Below, piece after piece: positions 53,785 to 64,000 of a stretch of DNA of 64,000 bases. The notes beneath the pieces were generated by a model that saw only the letters and a list, made by a program, of their open reading frames with translations, ran no database searches and had not been told where the DNA came from. The translations under genes and the position numbers were made by a program. Origin of the DNA: Octopus vulgaris (Eukaryota); contig OX597818.1 of the NCBI GenBank assembly GCA_951406725.2, positions 140,740,001-140,804,000 of the forward strand, given 5' to 3'. Positions within the stretch are counted from its first letter, which is position 1; each line of letters begins with the position of its first letter.

Positions 53785-56700
53785 TCTCTGCACAGCTTCT
53801 AACACTAGAGATGTGCTACGGTGTCGGCTGTTCACTAGCAGTGAACAAAGGTAACACCCCGTATTTTTCGAGCACCATCCGGAGTATTCGAGCGGTTCCA
53901 AGCTGTTTTATTTTGTGTGCAAGTGATCCGCTCTTATTGTAGCCCCTATTTGTTCCATGTACTTCTCAAAATTTTACTCACTGTTCCCAGGGCTCCGACA
54001 GTTATTGGTACTACTACCACCTTTATCAGCGACCGCAACTGCTTAATCTCCCAAGCTAACCTGTCATATCTATCGACTTTTTTTTCTTCCTTATCGCATA
54101 TCTTGTTGTCAGCTGGGAATGCTATATCTATTATCGAGCATCGTTTGCTTTCTTTCTCAATTGACACTTTGTCTGGATTCCTATTCTCTATTTCATGGTC
54201 GCACTGAATCATAAAACCCCCTAGGATATTTGCATTATAATTTTCGATGATGCCTTCGTGTTTAAGTTCGTATGGCAAGGTGTCCAATGAACAACTCCTG
54301 TTATATTGTCATAACGTATCTTATATTCTTTCTGGGCATACATTCTAGTGGGGTACATTGATATGCCATACGGTTTCACAATTTTGTACACAAATTCTTC
54401 ACTTATCACGTTTTAATGGGTTGTCTATTCTGTATTTGATGTAATACGTTTTTTGTGCTTACTCTTGGGCAGCAAAGATTAGAGCCTCCGTTCCAGTTTT
54501 CAATCACTTTTAATCATCCATACACATCCTTTTTCACTGTCTGTCTTATCTTCAACATTTTCTTCATCCACCTATTTTCAGTTTCTTTCATTCTCAAGTC
54601 CTTGTACAGTGCTCTATCTTTGCAATATTTCATCCTTCACAAGCCTGACCTTCTTACTTCCAACAATAGTGGTTCTGGGACATTTTTACATACCGTGCTA
54701 TATTGTTTTCTTCTGCTCCAATGTTGTGTTCGCATCCAATCAGTCCTCTTCCCATTTATTTTCTTGGTGCATACAATCTGTCTGTATCACATTTTAGGTG
54801 GTGTACCTCATATCTAGTAAGTAACTTCTGTTTATTTCTGTCTATGCTGTTTACTTCGCCTACGGGTCATACGATTATCCTTGCTCCATATCTAAGGAGT
54901 TAAACTGCCCAGGTTCTGATAACTTCAATCTTATTCCGTCCGCTTAATTTCGACTTAAAGATCAATCTCATTCTGCGCCAGTGCTCCACCTTAATTTTTT
55001 CTGTCATTTCTTTCTCCATCAATTTATCCATTTCCATTATCCCCAAATACTTATGGCCCGTCCCTTCTATCTGCTTCACCCCCCACCCCCCGACGGTATC
55101 GTTAGCTCGTCTATACATTTGATTTTGCCTCTCTTCAATGCCACACTTTTTCAGTCAGAAATCCATTCTGATATCAGCCCTGAAAGTATACACCATATAA
55201 ACGAGGGAACTGATTTTGGGATCCATCTTTACCATAAAGTTTGAGGTTATCCATGAATAACAAGTGGTTGACTTTTTGTTGGCGGCTTTTGAATACAAAC
55301 CCAGCCTTTGCTTTCTTCAGTATCAGTGTTAGTGATATCAGGCACAATACAAAGAACGGTGGGGACAGGCAGCCTCCTTGGAAGATGCCTCTTCTGATTT
55401 CTATTGACCCTAAACTTCTTCCATATGCTGTCAGTTCCGTCCTCCATTTCGCCATACTTTCTCCAAGCAATCGCTCACCATTCGATGCAACAGCAAATAA
55501 TTTCATACATTCTATAATCCAGGAATGTGGGATCATATCTTACGCCTTAGAATAATAATCAATCCATTACATGGCTAACTTCATTTTCATCTTCTTACAA
55601 TCTCTAAGTACAGTTTTGTCTACCAGGAGTTGATCCTTGGTACCTCTACACTTACGCCTGAAACCCTGCTGCTCATGTGGCAGCATTCCATTTTCTTCCA
55701 GATCTTTGTACATTGACTCTGCAACTATTCCATTTAATAAGTTCCATATAAGTGGAAAACAGGATATCGGCCTCTAATTGTCTACCGTATTTCCTTTTTC
55801 GATATTTTTCAAGCACAGCACTTTCCTAACCATTGTCAACCACTCTAATGTTACTTGGTCGGCATTTAACATGGTGTTGAATTGTGCAATTATTCGTGCA
55901 TGACATTCACCAAATGTTTTGATCCAGCAGCATTGAACTCCATCTAGTCTCGGGGCCTTCCAGTTGCCCATTTGTTTACTAATTTCCTTCACTTCCCTAA
56001 CTGAAATTACTAATTCTGCCTGTGTAGGACAGACTACTGTTTGTTCCAGTTCTTGCAACCATTCAGCGTTCTTCTTGTGCTCCTCGTTTTTGCTCTAGAT
56101 GCCACTCCAAAACCTTTAACTTTCAATGTTATCTGTTATCAACTTTTCATCTGTAAACTCTCCATTTATTCCTTTGTAGAATCTCTTCTGATCAACTCTG
56201 AATAACCTATTCTGCACCTATTTGGTGTATCTAACTATCTTTGTTGTTTTACAACGAGGCGCTCTTTCAACTCCTCCATTACCACTTTCAGGCCCTTTCT
56301 TTCAATATTATACTTTGCTCGCTTTTAAGCTCCCCTTTTCTTTTCGGCCTAACACAGACATGTCCTTCCAAAGCATATCTAACCCCACCTGTATTCTTCT
56401 TTTCCATCATGGATCTTTTCTTTTGTCACTCCCATTATATTTCTTTTTTCTTGACTGCAACATCTACATTTTTTGCCAGATGTATTTCAGAATTTTTCTC
56501 TGATGTATTTCAGAATTGCATTGACATGTTTCGTTTCCTGGTTCAGTTTCTACCAACCAACTTTTTAAGGTTGCAAATAATGTTGTTATCGTTCTCCTGT
56601 CGCCTTGCCTTTATTCTGTCGTAGATTGCCTTTTGCCCATCTGTCATGTCACCATTATTTTTATTATCTTCTTCTAAACCATCTATATGTGTCTCACCGA

Positions 56701-57290
56701 GCAAGCTATCCCTGTTCCTTTTCTGTGGTTTATTACAGATTTCACCTCTGTTTTCTGCTATGAGATTACTGTATTTTCATCGTTTCCTCTGCTGCTGTTT
56801 TCCAACACCCGTCTTTTGATATCTTCGAGCTCTTCTTCTCTGAACCAACGATTTTTTTCTTATTGCTCTAGCTTGATCACATGTTATCTCTTCCGTGAGT
56901 TGAAACAATCCTCTTTCTCTCCATTGATCAAACATACGTTGTCGTTATCCCCTAAGATGAACACCATTTTCGACTACGGGGTTTCTCAAGTTGTAACATT
57001 CCATGACTACAGCATTGATTTGTTTGTTCCATCTACGCCGTGTGTTCTGGTCCATTGCTAGATAATAACAGGCTGCAGTGGGACCAGTATCTCTGAGCCT
57101 GCCGGGTGTAGCACAGTCACCATCAAGGGTTTTAGTTTCACTAGTACCGCTATTCACAATATTTTGTTTTCTCATTGTCACACATATGAGGTAGCGATTA
57201 TCAGGTTGCGCAATTACCAGTGTTTGTATTGTGACACCATCACCAGATGTATTATCAATCAGCGCATAAGGAGATTCCAACTGCTTCCTT
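53785..57290 (-). mobile_element. Near-full-length degenerate R4/Dong non-LTR retrotransposon
   Basis: N-terminal RRRWNKQINAVVMECY; RT motifs NWKAPRLDG, IRRGIFQGGCLSP, NHLLFMDNLKLY, KYLG; endonuclease NPDKVSIEKESKRCSIIDIAFP; (ATT)n on both sides; many stops and frameshifts. Confidence 0.93.
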
Positions 57291-57795
57291 TCATTATTAT
57301 TATTATTATCACTGATATTATTTCCATTTTCTTTACTAATATTTGTAATTATTAATATTTTCTCTGATCCGAAATGATTTTTGACTAAATTATTATTATT
57401 ATCCTTATTACCACTATCACCATTATTACAATCATTATTATTATTTCCATTTATATTTAAAAGGTATTATTGAATGCTTTTTAGTTTCAACTTTTGTTTT
57501 ATCATTGAGATAATCATAAATATGTGAGTGTTTAAGGGAATAGTAGGTGTGAGTGAGACACATAGGTGTATCAATTAAATTCCACAGGTCTGTAAATAGA
57601 TTCGGCAGATTGTAAAGTGATCCGCAATGGGCATTCCCGAGCGATAAGAAGACAAATGCGGCCTCACACCCTTGGGATCAGCAGAGGCCAAACGTGTTTA
57701 CTACTACTAACGATCAGTGAGAGCGCTGACCTTGGCCTTGAAAAGAACCAGTTCACCTTGTTCTATTTTCAATTACTGATTGAAAAAGTAATTAC

Positions 57796-57914
<119 letters not shown>

Positions 57915-58224
57915 CAGGTGCTTACCTCTCTATCTTTTTGTTTTTCATCGTGCATATATTTGTGTTGTTATAATTAAAGCCACAGCAGTCAAAGAAAAAA
58001 AGAAAGATAAAATTTTCATACAAAATAATTGATATTAAAGTTTTTAAAGCTGATCGTTTGTGTGTTCGAAATCTATAGATATATAAGTTTCTTAACTTAA
58101 TTTGAGGGAAATTTTAAATACTCACAGGAAATTGTAGATATTCTAGCAGTTGAGAGTTATTTAATAATGATAATTATTATTATCATTATTATCTTTATTA
58201 TTATTGTTGATGTTGTTAGTATTA

Positions 58225-59460
58225 TCTTGGCCGATAGCCCAGGAAGAAAAACATGCGTACCTGAGTGAATTAGAAAAACTCCTCAATGGAAGGGATAGGA
58301 AAACCACGCTTGCTATCCCTTCAGATTTGATGGAGAGGACGGCCAGAAGTACCATCGTATACGGATGTGTGTCGCTAAAGACGAAAAAAAATGTTCAATG
58401 CGTCACACATCCTCCAAGTAGAACCATGCTTGAAGGGCATTTGGATTTATATTGATTTCCTCACACGAGGGAAACAATATGGTTCTGTCGTAGTGAGAGT
58501 TCTTACAAAGAACTGGCCCCAAAACACTCAATGGTCCAGTGCAAATACGAGGATCACCTTCCCGCGTACCTTGAACGACGTGTGGTGAAAGTTGAAATAT
58601 CAGATATGCCATCAGAAGTGTTAGCAATAGAAAGGAATAGATTAGAGTGTGAACTAGTTTGCAAATTAGAAGAGAAGATTTAAAAGGGCATTGCGACCGA
58701 TGTGTTAGCGGCGAGAATGATCCTTGAACATGTATTTGAAACACGAATGTTGGGTTGTTGGATCTAAGACGCCTGCACTCAAACAGGAAAGAACTAAAGC
58801 TGTATGATGGGCTCAAACGGTGGAGACGCGATGTGGAAGCAAAACCGATATCAGGTCTTTGATGGATGGGGATGGGAACGTGCAACGTGATTCCGAGCAT
58901 ATGTGTGCAGCCATTCAGCAGCACTCTGTGCGGCTGTTTGGTGGGGGCAATGGGTCGACGACGGTACTGGATTGTAGTTCGTACCTGGACGGCTTGCTGC
59001 GGCTTTAGGCAACTGACGTGAGGTTATATCAAAGACCGAAGTAGCCGCTGAATTTCAGAAGGCGATAAGCGATTACACTAGTCGCAGATCACTCAGTTTT
59101 GATATTCTGCCTTACGACTCCTATGTATTCATGCCAAATTTGTTTGGCGACCTCTTGGAATACGTCTACTGCAACTGGCAACAGAACGGGAGAATTCCTA
59201 GTGTTCTTAGCAGCGTTGTGGTGACACTGTTGAGGAAGGACACCGGCAATGGGGAAGTAATAGAAAACTTTCGGCTCATAACTCTGCTAAACACTGAGTT
59301 TAGGATTTTGGCCAAGTTGTTAGTGAAAAGTTTGGCGCTTGTCGTCGGTAGCATGGTCGGAGAAGCGCAAAAGTACGCAATCACGACCAGGTCTATCCAC
59401 GTCAATCTCTACCTTGTGCGATATCTCATCGAGAGGACTGGGTCCACTGCTGGCTTCGGG
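58225..59460 (+). mobile_element. L1/Tx1-clade LINE relic (ORF1 trace plus RT N-terminus)
   Basis: VVTLLRKDTGNGEVIENFRLITLLNTEFRILAKLL...EAQ..AITTRSIHVNL is typical of L1/Tx1 RT; IRSLMDGDG linker upstream. Confidence 0.8.
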
Positions 59461-59461
59461 G

Positions 59462-59868
59462 ATGTGATATTTGGAGAAGCTTGTTCTTCGAGATTGTTCT
59501 TGAGGGTTGCACACCACTGACTCAGTGGGCCCTTTCAAGTTTCCTTTCTGCAGCCATTGCCAGGTTCTTTTCCAATCAATCTCATCTTTATTCTTCAAGA
59601 ACGAACTGTGCATTTTCTTGTCCTGCCAATTTTCTTCATCTGCTCTCTCTGGTCTTTCTTTAATTGTGTTGGATCTACGGCTTCGTTCTCTTTTAAGGTT
59701 CCCTGTATTTTCATTACTTTAATCATTTCTTCTTTACTCTCCTTGACATACCAAGCCAGACAATTCTCCTCTTCCCTTACACAACCTTCACAGGACACCA
59801 ATCACCGTCCTCCTTCCTTTCTTTTTGCATACAATCTTGACGCATGACTCACGGGGTGTAGTTCCTTG
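59462..59868 (-). mobile_element. R4/Dong LINE internal fragment
   Basis: VREEENCLAWYVKES and TWQWLQKGNLKGPTES; 5' side abuts a long TAA tract. Confidence 0.8.
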
Positions 59869-59871
59869 TTC

Positions 59872-60016
<145 letters not shown>

Positions 60017-60114
60017 GCCGTCATTTATATTGACTCCTGAGGGTGAAAACCATAACACATCAAAGTTCACAAGTTTTCAATTAGGACCGGTATGTGCGTT
60101 TGCGTGTGCGTTTG

Positions 60115-60170
<56 letters not shown>

Positions 60171-60649
60171 TATACGCGCGCACACCTGCATATGTGTATG
60201 TATATGATACGTATATATATACATGTATGTGTATATATACACACAATCACGCACATCTGCATATGTGTATGTATATAATATATATATATAAACGCAGCTG
60301 TATATGTGTATGTATATCAAATATACACACGCTCACACACACATACACTCACGCACACAGTCTTATACTAATGTGTTGCTTTTTTATCACCTGGTTTCGC
60401 TTCAGTGGTGTTTACTCGTTCGTTAAAGTAAGTTGTTTGATAATTCAATTTACACGAAATAAATCCACAATGATAATAAAATAACACAACCATTATCGCG
60501 TTCTTTGCCACCATCACAAAACAAGTAGCCTATACGATAATAATGTCGAACTCCTGTTATGTTTGTATGTGTTTGTTTTAGCTTGCATCAATAGTTTTCA
60601 ATTAGAACTTCTGAAGGAAATCTATAAAGACTGAGTTCTTCAACATCTT

Positions 60650-61440
<791 letters not shown>

Positions 61441-61671
61441 TTTCTATTATTATTCTTGTTGTTATCTCTCTTGTTGGCTTTCGTTAATCGTGTATCACAT
61501 TTATACTAAGATTCTTAAAATTTTCAAATTATCAATTATAATTCATTTTGTGAGAATTTTTTTTTTTTTCATTACATTTTAATATCTTAATATCATTTAT
61601 TTTTCATACAATGAACTACATTCTCAAATATTTCCTGTAGAAACACAAAACCGATATATTTATTCATATGA

Positions 61672-61850
61672 ATGTATGTACGTACGTACGTACGTACGTA
61701 TGTGTGTATGTATGTATGTATGTATGTATGTATGTATGTATGTATGTATGTATGTATGTATGTATGTATGTATGTATGTATGTATGTATGTATGTATGTA
61801 TGTATGTATGTATGTATGTATGTATGTATGTATGTATGTATGTATGTATG
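61672..61850. repeat. (TATG)n microsatellite
   Basis: Visible run. Confidence 0.97.
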
Positions 61851-61924
61851 GATTGATAGATAAGATAGATACATACATACATATATGTGCGGATATATAT
61901 ATATGTGTGTATATATATATATGT

Positions 61925-63770
61925 ATTTTTTATTTTATTTTTATTTTTATTATATTTTATTTAGTTTCAGCTCACAAGGTGTGGCCATGCTGGGGCACCG
62001 CCATTTGGTGTTGCTACATGATTTTACTTGACGAATACTTTTTAGCAAATGCCATCTGCACCTCCTGCCGTGAAGTTGGTTCACCTGGGACACCTGACAA
62101 GAAGAGATCCAGTTTCATTTTAAAGACATCTGCATCCACCCAATGCAGGTCTCTTAGGTTCTTCGGGAGGATATTGAAGAGCTGTTGGCCTCGGAAGCCC
62201 AGACTATCACAGTATATTGTCCTACATCTTGATGGCAAATTTGGAGTCCTTGGCACTATACAGTGGCGTACAGTACTGGCAAAGTTTGGGACAAGTCCTT
62301 CTAGGATCTTCCAGATGTATATTATGGCATATCTTTCTCGCCTACGCTCTAAGGAATAGAGTCTCAATCTCCTGAGTCTTTCCCAGTAGCTTATATGCTG
62401 CATAGAGGCTATCTTCTTCGTGTAGTTGCATTGGATCGCCTCAAGTTCTGTGATTAACTTAACACTGGATGTTGACCATAGCTGAGAGCAGTAGTCAAAG
62501 TGGCTTAGGACAAGTGTCCTCCAGAGGACCATCATGGTTTCCTGGTCTCTTGTTCTAAAGGTTCTAAGAATCCATCCGGTCAGCCGCCTACATTTCATTG
62601 CCAATTTAGCAACATGCACATGAAAGGTTGCATCATCACTCATGTAAATACCCAGGTCTCGCACTGATTGTGCCTCTGGGATTGCAATCCCTCCAGGTTC
62701 AGTGTATTTATTGGGTATTGCATTTAGTTTTGAATGCTGATAGTATAAAGCTTGAAACTTTTAAGCATTGAACTGCATGCTATTCTTTTCAGCGCACTTG
62801 TATATTCTCCCAATTTTCTAACTATGCCAAGATCACGCAGTCTGTGACATATCATTCCATGATCGACTTTATCAAAGGCCTTTGCAAAGTCGAGATATAT
62901 GACTTCCACATGTGAGTGGTTGAGTAGTCGTTTCGGCACCCAGTCATAGTGTTGTAGGAGCTGAGTTAAGCAGCTTCTTCCTGGTCGGAAACCATGTTGG
63001 GTGTCAGGCAGCAAGTCATTTTCTTCAAGGAAGGTGATTAGTTTCCTTCTGACTATTCGTTCCATGACCTTGCTGATGTGTGAGGTCAGAGAGATAGGTC
63101 TGTAGTTCTTGGCTTCCGCTCTGCTACCTCCTTTATGAATAGGGCATATTTTACCTTCCTTCAGTTTTCTTGGAAGTTTGCCAGTTGCAAGGAAGTTCTG
63201 AAAGAGGAACTGCAGTGGTCTTGCTAGGACTCTCTTACATGCTTTTAGGAGGATTGCCGGGAATCCATCGGGGCCAGTAGCTGAGTCTGTTTTCATTTCA
63301 GCTATAGCCTTGATTACATCGTCTTCCTTTATATCGATGTAATCTATCGTCGCCGCCTCTGATTTTATATCTGCAGTGATAAAAAAGTCAGTTGGATTGG
63401 TGATTTGGAGATGCCCAAGGGGTGGAGTGAAAACACTCTTGAATTGCTCATTGGTATTTCACTTACCCTCATTGGTTTTCCTGTAAGTGTGCCATCCTTT
63501 TCGAGGAGTGGCCCTATTCTACAGTGCACCGTAGCTGTTTCTTTGGCATACCTGTAGAAATCTCTGGGGTTAGATTTTATGTTGTCTATAGCCCAGGCTT
63601 CTTTGTCTGCTCTTTCCTTTTCATGGGAGAGTTGCAGACATTTTTCAATTTCCAATAGTTTTATTTTCAGGCGGGACTTTTCACTGCTTTCAATTTGTTT
63701 GTTTAGGCGATTTGAAACTTTTGTACGCCATCTCATTAGGACTTTCCTCTCTCTGGGGATTTTGCTATTG
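61925..63770 (-). mobile_element. CR1-group LINE, 5'-truncated, with internal deletion of the RT core
   Basis: SATGPDG, NYRPISLTSHISKVMERI, QHGFRPGRSCLTQLL, YLDFAKAFDKVDH, then RDLGI..DYCSQLW..LYSLERRRER; 3'UTR and A-rich tail. Confidence 0.93.
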
Positions 63771-63777
63771 TGTACAG

Positions 63778-63877
<100 letters not shown>

Positions 63878-63902
63878 ATGTATGTATATATATATATGTA
63901 TG

Positions 63903-63940
<38 letters not shown>

Positions 63941-64000
63941 TAATGGTGATAGGAAAACTCGAAATAAGCGTTGTTAGATATCCATAGACTAGTTATTTAT

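Overview
This is an AT-rich, microsatellite-saturated eukaryotic window with no convincing host protein-coding gene. The repeat landscape (tRNA-derived SINEs with CORE-like and Nin/Deu-like bodies, R4/Dong, RTE, CR1 and Tx1 LINE relics, mariner, Helitron and Helentron derivatives, long TA/TAA/CATA tracts) suggests intronic or intergenic DNA of an octopus or other coleoid; the species is inferred, not confirmed. Nearly all listed ORFs are microsatellite translations or decayed transposon fragments. The most notable signal is five unrelated short element families, mostly beside (TA)n tracts and mostly built as inverted repeats, each containing a minimal type I hammerhead ribozyme fold with a palindromic or near-palindromic stem III. 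One has a fully canonical core (39602-39687) and others carry core variants, including a G3-C8 swap. They are best explained as Penelope-like pLTR or retrozyme remnants. Also notable: two tandem structured non-coding elements with compensatory base changes (12198-13365), a CR1 LINE sharing its 3' tail with a local SINE family, and a candidate 12-nt microexon. All alignments and folds were done by eye, and ends of old repeats are approximate.
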